Below, piece after piece: positions 1 through 10,729 of a stretch of DNA of 64,000 nt. Numbering within the stretch: the stretch's first letter is position 1; each line of letters opens with the position of its first letter. A program made the position numbers and the translations under genes. Source of the DNA: an uncultured Christensenellaceae bacterium (GTDB lineage Bacteria > Bacillota > Clostridia > Christensenellales > Borkfalkiaceae); contig CAJUSA010000002.1 in assembly GCA_910589015.1 (NCBI GenBank), positions 120,928 through 184,927 on the forward strand, written 5' to 3'. The notes below the pieces were generated by a model. The model did not search any database. It worked only from the letters and a program-made list of their open reading frames with translations, and was not told the origin of the DNA.

Positions 1-138
1 CCAGACGTGCGAAAAACCGTGCTCGGTCAATGCGACTGCCTTCAAGCCGCACTCTTTCGCACGGGCTACGTTCTGCGCAACGGTGTTGTCGCCGTCGGAG
101 TAATGGGTATGCGTATGAAAATCAACTGTCAACTTCAT
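1..138 (-). CDS. PHP-domain (histidinol-phosphatase-like) protein; N-terminal fragment that continues beyond the window start
   Basis: Reverse-strand ATG at 138 translates to MKLTVDFHTHTHYSDGDNTVAQNVARAKECGLKAVALTEHGFSHVW. The HxH...SDG metal motif is typical of the PHP family. It lies 27 nt downstream of murB and is missing from the ORF track because it is truncated. Confidence 0.6.
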   Translation of the reverse strand, partial: MKLTVDFHTHTHYSDGDNTVAQNVARAKECGLKAVALTEHGFSHVW

Positions 139-165
139 CTGCGTCTCTTCTTCGGGCAATTTGCC

Positions 166-1110
166 CTATGTAATCGGGTACGGCGCGATCCTGCGGATCT
201 CTTCGCGCAGCAATACGCCTTTTTCCTTATATACGATTTCCTTTATCGTTCCGATGAGTTCCGCCACGTCGGCGGCACTCCGCCCTTCGTTGATGATAAA
301 ATTCGCATGGCGTTCCGAAACGAACGCGTCGCCTATGCGCCGCCCCTTCAAGCCGCACGCCTCGATCAAGGCGCCCGCCGAAATTCCGCCCTCGGGATTG
401 ACGAACGTGCAACCCATACTGCGCCCTTTGGGAAGGTGCGCCCGTTTCAGTCTGTAAAAACAGCTTTCGCGTTCGATGTTCTGCGCCGTCGAGGGCGACA
501 GGCGCAACACCGCGCGCAGAACGGCGATATTGTTCTGAAACACGCTCTGTTTTTCGGAAAAACCGCATTCTTGCGCACGCAGAACGATGGTTTCCCCTTC
601 GCAAACGGCAAGCACTTCTTCGACAAGGTCGGAAAAATGCCGCACGGCGATGCCCGCATTCATGGCGATCCCGCCGCCGACCGTCATGGGAATGCCCGTA
701 AACGGTTCGCAGCCCCCAAGACGCGCGGCGCGCGCACTGCGCAAAAGACTGCCGCCCGTACTCCCCGCGCCGACAATCAAGCGATTACCCTCGCGCCCGA
801 TCTGCCGTAATGCGCGAAAACGCACCACGACGCCTTCGAAAAATTCGTCCGGGGGCAAGACGTTGGCACCGGCACCTAAAATATAATAAGGTATAGCGCC
901 GCGGTTCAGATAACGCAAAACCGCCGCAGCGCTCTCTTCGTCGGCAGGCTCGATACTCAAAGCGGCATAACCGCCGCAACCGATCGTCGTATGTCGCGCA
1001 AACGAAAAATTTTCCGTGAGCGTCGCCTGAGGAAAGCGCTTTTCCAGATCCGCACGCAGACCGCACAATTTACCGTTTATCATTCTATCACACTTTCCCG
1101 TATATTTCAA
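166..1110 (-). CDS. murB: UDP-N-acetylenolpyruvoylglucosamine reductase
   Basis: 314-aa ORF with a FAD-binding N-terminus (ARHTTIGCGG) and C-terminal MurB motifs (GCTFVNP, SERHANFIIN). Confidence 0.9.
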   Translation of the reverse strand: MKYTGKCDRMINGKLCGLRADLEKRFPQATLTENFSFARHTTIGCGGYAALSIEPADEESAAAVLRYLNRGAIPYYILGAGANVLPPDEFFEGVVVRFRALRQIGREGNRLIVGAGSTGGSLLRSARAARLGGCEPFTGIPMTVGGGIAMNAGIAVRHFSDLVEEVLAVCEGETIVLRAQECGFSEKQSVFQNNIAVLRAVLRLSPSTAQNIERESCFYRLKRAHLPKGRSMGCTFVNPEGGISAGALIEACGLKGRRIGDAFVSERHANFIINEGRSAADVAELIGTIKEIVYKEKGVLLREEIRRIAPYPIT

Positions 1111-2030
1111 ATACTTTTTAAGAATTTATCAATATTTTTCGCGTCAGATTTTGCGCGAACCGCCTCGGTGAGCGAAACGAGCGCGTCATCCGAGGAAAAA
1201 ACGCTCACCGTTTTGCGCGCTTCGGTTTGCGACAGTGAAAACATACCGATTTCCGAAAGCCTGCCCTGCACCTCTTTCCCGAGCAAAACGTCGATAAATT
1301 TCTTGCAATCTGCGGATTTTTTGGCGTTCAGACAGGCGATATACTGATACAGATCGCAATATTCGTTGAGCTCTTTGCGGTAAACGTTGACGCCGCGCGT
1401 AACAAATCGGCATTCGTCGCGTTGCGTTCCCAAAAGATAACGGTATTTTTTATTGAGAAACCCGACGTAAGCCGCGCCGCTTTCGATGCGCTCGCCCTCG
1501 ACGTTATTGAGATACGCCGCTACTTCGCACAAATTGCTGCCGCCCGCCGAAATCGCCACCGTGCCGCTGTCCTCGAAATTTTCATCGAGCGAAAAGAGCG
1601 AATAACGCCCCGCACACCAGGGATAGGCAAGGCAGTCGCCGCCCGTTTCGCCGCCCGCGAACTTGCGGGCAAGCGGCAAAGCCTGTTCCATAAAATCCCC
1701 CAGCCCTACGCCGAACGAAAGCATATCGGGCAAATCGCCTTCCTGCGCCGCCGCGCGAGCCCCCTCCGCCGTATAAGACGAAATCAGATAATAGACGTTC
1801 TTATCTTTCTTTTCGAGAATACGCGCCGCATCGCGCAGGAACGACGCGCGCGAGCCCTTGCCGCCCTCGAAGGTATCGATATGCCACACGCGCACGATGC
1901 GTTTGTCTTGCGAGGGCGCCTCGTTCTTGCCGTCCGGAAAAAAGAGAACGGTTAAAAATGCCGCCGCAAGCAAGGCGAACGGGAAAGCGCGTAAAAAAAC
2001 GTGCGCCAGTTTTGAAAATATTTTCCGCAT
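1107..2030 (-). CDS. Hypothetical membrane-anchored protein with an extracytoplasmic domain
   Basis: 307 aa with one N-terminal TM helix (FPFALLAAAFLTVLFF) followed by a soluble domain. It overlaps murB by 4 nt, which suggests translational coupling. I recognise no family. Confidence 0.55.
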   Translation of the reverse strand: MRKIFSKLAHVFLRAFPFALLAAAFLTVLFFPDGKNEAPSQDKRIVRVWHIDTFEGGKGSRASFLRDAARILEKKDKNVYYLISSYTAEGARAAAQEGDLPDMLSFGVGLGDFMEQALPLARKFAGGETGGDCLAYPWCAGRYSLFSLDENFEDSGTVAISAGGSNLCEVAAYLNNVEGERIESGAAYVGFLNKKYRYLLGTQRDECRFVTRGVNVYRKELNEYCDLYQYIACLNAKKSADCKKFIDVLLGKEVQGRLSEIGMFSLSQTEARKTVSVFSSDDALVSLTEAVRAKSDAKNIDKFLKSI

Positions 2031-2162
2031 ACGTTACTCTATGCGCAAACATTTTATAACATGCGCGGAATAAGAAAGGACGCCGAAGCGTCCTCCCGAT
2101 ATATGTGAAACGGCTGCGTTGCCGTGCTACTTTCAGTATGGCGCCGTAACCGTATTTTATGC

Positions 2163-2190
2163 AAAAAAGAGAGGTAAACCTCTCTTTTTT
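2163..2190 (-). terminator. Rho-independent terminator downstream of the DUF1540 gene
   Basis: Stem AGAGAGG / CCTCTCT with loop TAAA, flanked by an A-run and a T-run. Confidence 0.6.
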
Positions 2191-2218
2191 CCCGAACGTG
2201 CTACAATGCCCCATTGCG

Positions 2219-2374
2219 TTACTTTCTTGCCTGAAAGCTGTCGCAGCAGGTGCAGTGTTCGCAGTCGCAAGTGTTGCCGACGTGGATCTTGTCGAGTTCG
2301 CAGTGCATGCCGTCGGTATTGTAACGGCATTCGCTTACGCCGCAAGATACGCCGCAGTTGATTTTACGTTCCAT
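2219..2374 (-). CDS. DUF1540-like small cysteine-rich protein (51 aa)
   Basis: Hand translation gives MERKINCGVSCGVSECRYNTDGMHCELDKIHVGNTCDCEHCTCCDSFQARK. The SD GAAAGGAGGGG lies 6 nt upstream of the ATG at 2374 and the stop is TAA at 2219-2221. It is below the ORF-track length cutoff. Confidence 0.7.
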   Translation of the reverse strand: MERKINCGVSCGVSECRYNTDGMHCELDKIHVGNTCDCEHCTCCDSFQARK

Positions 2375-2447
2375 GATCGCCCCTCCTTTCCTTATTTTGA
2401 TCTCTTCTGATATTTTGCACGTTTTTACAAAAATTATTCCCTACGGA

Positions 2448-2476
2448 TTGACAAACGGCACTTTGTTTAGTAGAAT
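2448..2476 (+). promoter_or_regulatory. Sigma-A-type promoter for rplI
   Basis: TTGACA (2448-2453), 17-nt spacer, TAGAAT (2471-2476). Confidence 0.55.
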
Positions 2477-2500
2477 ATTGTAAAAGGAGTGTAAAAGCAA

Positions 2501-2944
2501 ATGAAAGTGATTCTTAAAGCAGACGTAAAAGGCAGCGGAAAAAAAGGCGATATTCTGGAAGTGAGCGACGGCTATGCAAAAAACTTTCTCATTAAAAAGG
2601 GTTTGGCGGAACAAGCTACGGCAAGCGGCGTAAACGCGGTTACGCAGCAACGCACGGCGCAGGCGTTCCACAAAGCCGAAAACGAACGGCAATTAAAAGA
2701 ACTTGCCGCAAAACTCAACGGAACGGAAATCTCCGTCCCCATTCGCGCGGGCGAAAACGGCAAAACCTTCGGTTCGGTGACGACGGCACAGATCAGTTCC
2801 GCTCTTGCCGAAGTGGGCTACGATGTCGACAAGAAAAAGATCATTCTTAAAGATCAGGTCAAACAGTTGGGCATTTACGACGTGGAAATCCGTTTTATGG
2901 AAAAAGTAACGACGAAAATCAAGGTGAAAGTCGTCGCACTGTAA
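2501..2944 (+). CDS. rplI: 50S ribosomal protein L9
   Basis: MKVILKADVKGSGKKGDILEVSDGYAKNFLIKKGLA is a classic bL9 N-terminus. The ORF is 147 aa. Confidence 0.92.
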   Translation: MKVILKADVKGSGKKGDILEVSDGYAKNFLIKKGLAEQATASGVNAVTQQRTAQAFHKAENERQLKELAAKLNGTEISVPIRAGENGKTFGSVTTAQISSALAEVGYDVDKKKIILKDQVKQLGIYDVEIRFMEKVTTKIKVKVVAL

Positions 2945-2956
2945 AAAACGAGCGTT

Positions 2957-2980
2957 TATGTCACGCATAATACTATGTAT
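2957..2980 (+). repeat. Copy 1 of the recurrent intergenic motif (partly duplicated form)
   Basis: TATGTCACGCATAA followed by TACTATGTAT. It lies between the rplI stop and its terminator. Confidence 0.6.
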
Positions 2981-2993
2981 TTCAGCAAAAAAT

Positions 2994-3025
2994 AAAAAAC
3001 CCCTGCTTATGCAGGGGTTTTATTT
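2994..3025. terminator. Bidirectional intrinsic terminator between convergent rplI and the hydrogenase gene
   Basis: Stem CCCCTGC / GCAGGGG with loop TTAT, flanked by an A-run and a T-run. Confidence 0.7.
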
Positions 3026-3032
3026 AGTATTT

Positions 3033-4541
3033 TTAAGGAAGATGAATATCGTAAAGATCTTTATCGGGCAAGGCGTTCGTCGAACCGTCGACGAATTTTT
3101 TGACTTCCGCCGCAGCCTTTGCCACGGGAATATTCACACCCGCGCCGGCAACGCAGCCGCCGGGGCACCCCATCCCCTCAATCAGGCAGCCGTTCATCTT
3201 GCCCGCCTTTGCAAGCAAAAGCATCTTCTTGCACTCGGTAAGTCCTTCCGCATGCTCGATTTTTACTTCTATGCCGGGATAATATTCCTTGACGCATGCG
3301 CTAACCGCTTTGGATACGCCGCCCGCGACCGCATAGCCTCTGCCCGCGCCGCTCGCATCGTGAATGGGTTCGGATTTATCGAAGGTTTCGAAATCGATCC
3401 CCTTGGCCTCGAAAATCGCGGCAAGCTCTTCGAACGTGATGACAAAGTCGACGTCGCTGCGCACGGTTTTACGCATCGCCTCGAGTTTTTTCGCCGCGCA
3501 CGGCCCGATAAACACCACGCGCGAAGAAGGCATTTTCTGCTTGATCGAACGAGCGGTCGCCACCATCGGCGTGAGTGCGCTCGATACGCGATCGATCATT
3601 TCGGGGAACTGCGTTTTGGCAAGCATCGACCATGCGGGACAGCATGAAGTCAACAGGAACGGAACCTTCCCTTCCGCCACCTCGGTCGCGTAATGATGTG
3701 CCTCGGTCGCCGCGCCTACGTCGGCACCGTGCGCCACTTCGAACACTTCCTTAAATCCGATTTCTTTAAGAGCGGCTTTCACCGTCCAGAGCGATACGCC
3801 GTCGCCGAACTGCCCGATGATCGAGGGCGCCACCTCGGCGACAACGTTGTCGCCGCTGCGGATCGCACGGATCAACTGATAAATCTGTGATTTGTCGGCG
3901 ATTGCCCCGAACGGACAGCTCACCATGCATTGACCGCAACCCACGCACTTTTGCGGATCGATCTGCGCGCGCCCCAACGCATCGGAAGAAATGGCTTTTA
4001 CACCGCAGGCGCGGGCGCACGGGCGCGCCGTATGCACGATCGCGTCGTAGGGACAAGCTTCTTTGCATTTACCGCATTTGATGCACTTTGCCTGATCGAT
4101 GATCGATCTACCCGTTTTCGGGTCGATCGAAATAGCGCCGCGCGGACAGATATTCACGCAGTAACGCGAAACGCAGCCGCGGCACTGATCGCTCACACGA
4201 TAAGCGTTTTCCTCGCATTTATCGCATGCGGAAGGAATCACCTGCATAAGCGGCGGTTCGTAATATTTATCCGAAATGTTGCTGTAAGAAAGCCCGTTCG
4301 TGATATGCGCGGGACGGTCCTGCGGGTTGAGCGACATACCCATCGCAAGCCGCACGCGCTCGGACGCGATTGCCCGCTCGCGATAAACGCTTTCCCGATA
4401 CTGCGGCGTTTCGCTCGGAATAATTTTATAGGGAATCGCCTCAATGTCGTTATTGATGCGTTCCGATTCGAAAGCAACCTTCGCCACCTCGACGAACACC
4501 TGCCTTCTGAGTTTTGTAACCGAAGTTTCTAAACCTCTCAT
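3033..4541 (-). CDS. Monomeric [FeFe]-hydrogenase with N-terminal 4Fe-4S ferredoxin-type domains
   Basis: H-cluster motifs are present: LTSCCPAW, GPCAAKKLE and EGMGCPGGCVAGAG. There are several CxxCxxCxxxCP clusters, such as CIKCGKCKEACP and CVGCGQCMVSCP. Confidence 0.85.
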   Translation of the reverse strand: MRGLETSVTKLRRQVFVEVAKVAFESERINNDIEAIPYKIIPSETPQYRESVYRERAIASERVRLAMGMSLNPQDRPAHITNGLSYSNISDKYYEPPLMQVIPSACDKCEENAYRVSDQCRGCVSRYCVNICPRGAISIDPKTGRSIIDQAKCIKCGKCKEACPYDAIVHTARPCARACGVKAISSDALGRAQIDPQKCVGCGQCMVSCPFGAIADKSQIYQLIRAIRSGDNVVAEVAPSIIGQFGDGVSLWTVKAALKEIGFKEVFEVAHGADVGAATEAHHYATEVAEGKVPFLLTSCCPAWSMLAKTQFPEMIDRVSSALTPMVATARSIKQKMPSSRVVFIGPCAAKKLEAMRKTVRSDVDFVITFEELAAIFEAKGIDFETFDKSEPIHDASGAGRGYAVAGGVSKAVSACVKEYYPGIEVKIEHAEGLTECKKMLLLAKAGKMNGCLIEGMGCPGGCVAGAGVNIPVAKAAAEVKKFVDGSTNALPDKDLYDIHLP

Positions 4542-4557
4542 AGCACTCCTGTAAAAT

Positions 4558-4580
4558 ATCCCCTCCTGTTCGGAGGGGAT
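4558..4580 (-). terminator. Hairpin between adhE and the hydrogenase gene (partial terminator or attenuating stem)
   Basis: Minus-sense ATCCCCTCC-GAACA-GGAGGGGAT followed by AUUUUA. It sits only 16 nt before the hydrogenase ATG. Confidence 0.45.
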
Positions 4581-4590
4581 ACCGTCTTAC

Positions 4591-7203
4591 TTACTTTCTG
4601 CCGTAATAGGCGTTGAGGTACATCTCCTTGATTTCGCTCATAAGCGGATATCTGGGGTTCGCGCCCGTGCACTGGTCGTCGAACGCGTCTTCCGTCATCG
4701 CGTCGAGGCGGGCGAGGAACTGCTCTTCCGTCACCTTGTCGCCGAGCGCTTCTTTGATCGTTGCGGGCTGACCGACCGCACTCTGCAATTCTTTAAGTTT
4801 TTTGATGAGCGATTCAACAAGCTCGTCGTCGTTCTTGCCCTTGCAACCGACGAACCGCGCCACGTCGGCATAACGAGCTTTGCACTGCGGATATGCGTAC
4901 TGCGGAAACGTGCCCATTTTCGTAGGCTGTTCGCTGCTGTTGAAACGAATGACCTCTTCGAGCATCAAAGAGTTCGCCATGCCGTGTGGAATGTGCCAGT
5001 ACGAACCGAGCTTGTGTGCCATCGAGTGGCAGACGCCGAGGAATGCGTTTGCAAACGCCATACCGGCAATGCACGAAGCGTTTGCCATGCGTTCACGCGC
5101 TTCCGCATCGTGCGCGCCTTTTTCGTATGCGCGGGGCAGATAATCGAAAATCAGCTTGATCGCCTCTTTCGCCATGCCGTTGGTGAAGTCGGTCGCCATG
5201 ACCGAAGCAATCGCCTCTAACGCGTGGCTCATTGCGTCGATACCCGAGCAGGAAGTCAGTCCCTTGGGAATATTCATCATAAGGTCGGAATCGACGATCG
5301 CCACGTCGGGCAGTAATTCGTAATCGGCAAGCGGATACTTCGTTCCCGTCTTTTCGTCGGTGATAACGGCGAAAGGCGTCACTTCCGAACCCGTGCCCGC
5401 CGTGGTGGGTACGGCGACGAACAGCGCCTTATCGCCCATGTGCGGGAAGGTGTAAACGCGCTTGCGGATATCCATAAAGCGCATCGCCATATCCTGGAAA
5501 TCGACTTCGGGGTGTTCATACATCACCCACATGATTTTCGCCGCGTCCATAGGCGAACCGCCGCCGACGGCGATGATGACGTCGGGCGCGAAGTCGCGCA
5601 TCTGCTTGACGCCTTCGTTCGCGCAGGCAAGCGTCGGATCGGGCGTAACGTTGAAGAACGTCGCGTGCATGATGCCTTCCGCGTCGAGAATATCGGTGAT
5701 CTTCTTCGTAAATCCGCTCTGATGAAGGAATCCGTCGGTGACGATGAACGCTTTTTTCTTATGATAGCACTGACTGCCGAGTTCTTTTAACGCAACGCCG
5801 AGGCAACCGCGTTTGAAATATACTTTTTCGGGCGCTCTGAACCACAACATATTTTCCTTCCTCTCTGCGATAGTTTTAATATTGATAAGATGCTTGATCC
5901 CCACGTTCTCGGAAACCGAGTTGCCGCCCCACGAGCCGCAGCCAAGCGTGAGCGAAGGCGGGAATTTGAAGTTGTACAGATCGCCGATACCGCCCTGCGA
6001 AGAAGGAGTATTGATGACGATGCGGCAGGTTTTCATGATCGAACGGAAATATTCGATTTTTTCCGTACCCGTTTCGACGTTGATATAGAGCGACGAGGTG
6101 TGTCCCAGACCGCCGTCCTTAACAAGGCGGTCGGCTTTGGCAACGGCGTCGTTGAAGTCTTCCGCTTTATACATTGCCAGAACGGGCGAAAGTTTTTCGT
6201 GTGCAAATTCTTCGCTGATTTCGACCGATTCCACTTCGCCGATCAGCACTTTGCTGCCCGCGGGCGCCGTGAAACCCGAAAGCTCGGCGATCTTGCAGGC
6301 GCTCTGTCCGACGATTTTCGCATTAAGCGCGCCGTTGATGATAATCGTCTTGCGCACTTTCTGCGTTTCTTCGGGCGTGAGGAAATAGGCGCCGCGCAGC
6401 GCTAATTCCTTTTTGAAGGCGTCGTAAACGTCTTTGACGACGATCGTCGACTGTTCGGACGCGCAGATCATGCCGTTATCGAAGGTCTTGGAATGAAGGA
6501 TCGACGAGGCGGCAAGTTTAAGATCGGCGCTCGAATCGATGATTGCGGGCGTATTACCTGCGCCCACGCCCAAAGCGGGTTTTCCCGAAGAGTACGCCGC
6601 GCGCACCATGCCGGGGCCGCCCGTCGCAAGAATCATGTCCGACTCGCGCATGATCATGCCCGAAAGCGGAACGGAAGGCTCGTCGATCCAGCCGATGATA
6701 TCTTCGGGCGCGCCCGCCGCAACGGCTGCTTCGAGCACGATTTTCGCCGCGGCGATCGTCGACTGTTTCGCGCGCGGGTGCGGCGAGATGATCAAGCCGT
6801 TTCTCGTCTTTAAGCAGATGAGGCATTTGAAAATCGCCGTCGAGGTCGGGTTCGTCGTGGGAATGACGGCGGCAAGCACGCCGATCGGCTCGGCAATGCG
6901 CGTGTAGCCGAAGCCCTCGTCGCGTTCGATCACGCCGCACGTTTTTGCGTCCTTATAAGCGTTGTAAATATATTCCGACGCGTAATGATTTTTGATCACC
7001 TTGTCTTCGACGATACCCATGCCCGTCTCTTCCACTGCGAGTTTCGCAAGGGGAATACGCATTTTGTTCGCCGCAAGCGCCGCGCGGTAGAAAATCTCGT
7101 CGACCTGCTCTTGCGTATAAGTCGAAAACTTCTCCTGCGCTGCCCGAACGCGGGCAAGCAGTTGTTCGAGCGTTTGCTCGTCGTTCACAATAAAGTCTTT
7201 CAT
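4591..7203 (-). CDS. adhE: Bifunctional acetaldehyde-CoA / alcohol dehydrogenase
   Basis: 870 aa with an N-terminal aldehyde dehydrogenase domain and a C-terminal iron-type ADH domain (VGGGSPMDAAKIMW). Confidence 0.95.
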   Translation of the reverse strand: MKDFIVNDEQTLEQLLARVRAAQEKFSTYTQEQVDEIFYRAALAANKMRIPLAKLAVEETGMGIVEDKVIKNHYASEYIYNAYKDAKTCGVIERDEGFGYTRIAEPIGVLAAVIPTTNPTSTAIFKCLICLKTRNGLIISPHPRAKQSTIAAAKIVLEAAVAAGAPEDIIGWIDEPSVPLSGMIMRESDMILATGGPGMVRAAYSSGKPALGVGAGNTPAIIDSSADLKLAASSILHSKTFDNGMICASEQSTIVVKDVYDAFKKELALRGAYFLTPEETQKVRKTIIINGALNAKIVGQSACKIAELSGFTAPAGSKVLIGEVESVEISEEFAHEKLSPVLAMYKAEDFNDAVAKADRLVKDGGLGHTSSLYINVETGTEKIEYFRSIMKTCRIVINTPSSQGGIGDLYNFKFPPSLTLGCGSWGGNSVSENVGIKHLINIKTIAERKENMLWFRAPEKVYFKRGCLGVALKELGSQCYHKKKAFIVTDGFLHQSGFTKKITDILDAEGIMHATFFNVTPDPTLACANEGVKQMRDFAPDVIIAVGGGSPMDAAKIMWVMYEHPEVDFQDMAMRFMDIRKRVYTFPHMGDKALFVAVPTTAGTGSEVTPFAVITDEKTGTKYPLADYELLPDVAIVDSDLMMNIPKGLTSCSGIDAMSHALEAIASVMATDFTNGMAKEAIKLIFDYLPRAYEKGAHDAEARERMANASCIAGMAFANAFLGVCHSMAHKLGSYWHIPHGMANSLMLEEVIRFNSSEQPTKMGTFPQYAYPQCKARYADVARFVGCKGKNDDELVESLIKKLKELQSAVGQPATIKEALGDKVTEEQFLARLDAMTEDAFDDQCTGANPRYPLMSEIKEMYLNAYYGRK

Positions 7204-7223
7204 TTTGCCTCCTGATAACGTTT

Positions 7224-7856
7224 TTATTTAATTTCGTCGGCTTTCCCGCCGCAGAGTGCCGCGAGCGAAACCGCTAAATCCTCGTATTTTACCGTAACCC
7301 CTTCGGGTACGTTCAGATAGACGGGCGTAAAACTCAGTATGGCGCTGATCCCCGCCTCGATCATCTTATCGCAAGCCTCTTGCGCCGCCTGCCGCGGCAC
7401 CGCCAGAACCCCCACTTTTACGCCGTGGCGCACGGCGATTTCTTGAAGCCGTCCCATGGGATAAACAGGTTTGCCCGTTACCGCGCCGATTTTTTCGGGC
7501 GCGACGTCGAACCCCGCGATAATGTGAATGCCGTAATTTTCGAACCCGTCGTAGGCAAGAATCGCCTTCCCCAGCCCGCCTGCGCCGACGACAACGGCGT
7601 CCGTCCAACCGTGGTAACCTAAAAATTTTTCGATATCGGAAATAAGCGTGGAAATTTCGAACCCGATGCGCGGCTTACCCTGCACCGAAGAGACGATCGC
7701 AAGGTCTTTGCGGATCCCCACCGCCGAGAAGCCCAGCGCCGACGCCATCGACGCCGAAGAAATGAGCGTTACGCCCTTTGCCGCCTCGCCTTTAAGATAG
7801 CGCAGATAGACGGGCATGCGGGACACGGTCGCCGCCGATATGTTGTCGTTTGCCAT
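7224..7856 (-). CDS. rex: Redox-sensing transcriptional repressor Rex
   Basis: MANDNISAATVSRMPVYLRYLK matches the Rex N-terminus, and the Rossmann motif VVVGAGGLGKAI is present. The start at 7856 has an SD (AGAGGGCGGGAAG) and is preferred over the ORF-track start at 7961. Confidence 0.88.
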   Translation of the reverse strand: MANDNISAATVSRMPVYLRYLKGEAAKGVTLISSASMASALGFSAVGIRKDLAIVSSVQGKPRIGFEISTLISDIEKFLGYHGWTDAVVVGAGGLGKAILAYDGFENYGIHIIAGFDVAPEKIGAVTGKPVYPMGRLQEIAVRHGVKVGVLAVPRQAAQEACDKMIEAGISAILSFTPVYLNVPEGVTVKYEDLAVSLAALCGGKADEIK

Positions 7857-7877
7857 CTTCCCGCCCTCTTTCGATAT

Positions 7878-7895
7878 TCGATAAATTTTTATCGA
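7878..7895. promoter_or_regulatory. Candidate operator: 8-2-8 perfect inverted repeat just downstream of the rex -10 box
   Basis: TCGATAAA-TT-TTTATCGA, with a further TCGATAT direct repeat at 7871-7877. Confidence 0.35.
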
Positions 7896-7899
7896 TTTG

Positions 7900-7928
7900 A
7901 TTATAGCAGACAACAACGCTTTTGTCAA
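7900..7928 (-). promoter_or_regulatory. Sigma-A-type promoter of the rex-adhE operon
   Basis: Minus-sense TTGACA (7923-7928), 17-nt spacer, TATAAT (7900-7905). Confidence 0.55.
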
Positions 7929-7939
7929 ACGTTTGAAGA
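7922..7939. promoter_or_regulatory. Candidate Rex operator overlapping the rex -35 box
   Basis: TTGTCAA-ACGT-TTGAAGA compared with the clostridial Rex consensus TTGTTAA-N4-TTAACAA. The left half is good and the right half is degenerate. Confidence 0.4.
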
Positions 7940-7951
7940 TAAATTTTTGCC

Positions 7952-7986
7952 CCGATTTCATAAAAAATACCCGTCGGGCAGACGGG
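7952..7986 (-). terminator. valS intrinsic terminator
   Basis: Minus-sense TACCCGTC-tgccc-GACGGGTA followed by a U-run. Confidence 0.7.
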
Positions 7987-7994
7987 TACTCTTT

Positions 7995-10619
<2,625 letters not shown>

Positions 10620-10648
10620 AAATCTCACCCGTAAATCTGTACCGATAT

Positions 10649-10677
10649 ATGATAACACTTTTTTTTTGCGTTGTCAA
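10649..10677 (-). promoter_or_regulatory. valS promoter
   Basis: Minus-sense TTGACA (10672-10677), 17-nt spacer, TATCAT (10649-10654). The leader is about 30 nt, too short for a T-box. Confidence 0.5.
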
Positions 10678-10700
10678 TAAAAGCGCCCTCGACATACAAT
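10671..10700 (+). promoter_or_regulatory. Promoter of the ABC transporter operon
   Basis: TTGTCA (10671-10676), 18-nt spacer, TACAAT (10695-10700). Its -35 box overlaps the valS -35 box on the other strand. Confidence 0.5.
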
Positions 10701-10729
10701 ATATTATTCCAAAATATTACGGAGTTTTT

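Noticed and set aside
7-810. Long plus-strand ORF (267 aa) overlapping murB. Similar long shadow ORFs occur at 7947-9239, 9297-10136, 25422-26600, 36109-36894, 38681-39691, 47589-48524, 52727-53623, 53131-54006 and 60658-62028.
   Set aside because: They lie antisense or out of frame to genes with unmistakable family motifs. Their translations are Arg/Ala/Pro-rich and low-complexity, as expected for shadow frames in GC-rich DNA, and they lack SD sequences.
2958-2969. Mini-ORFs starting at the motif ATG (MSRI..., MSHINALY, MSDIIS, MLRIIA) as conserved leader peptides.
   Set aside because: Lengths and stop positions are not conserved, there is no SD, and nucleotide conservation extends upstream of the ATG. 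That argues for a nucleotide-level element rather than a peptide.
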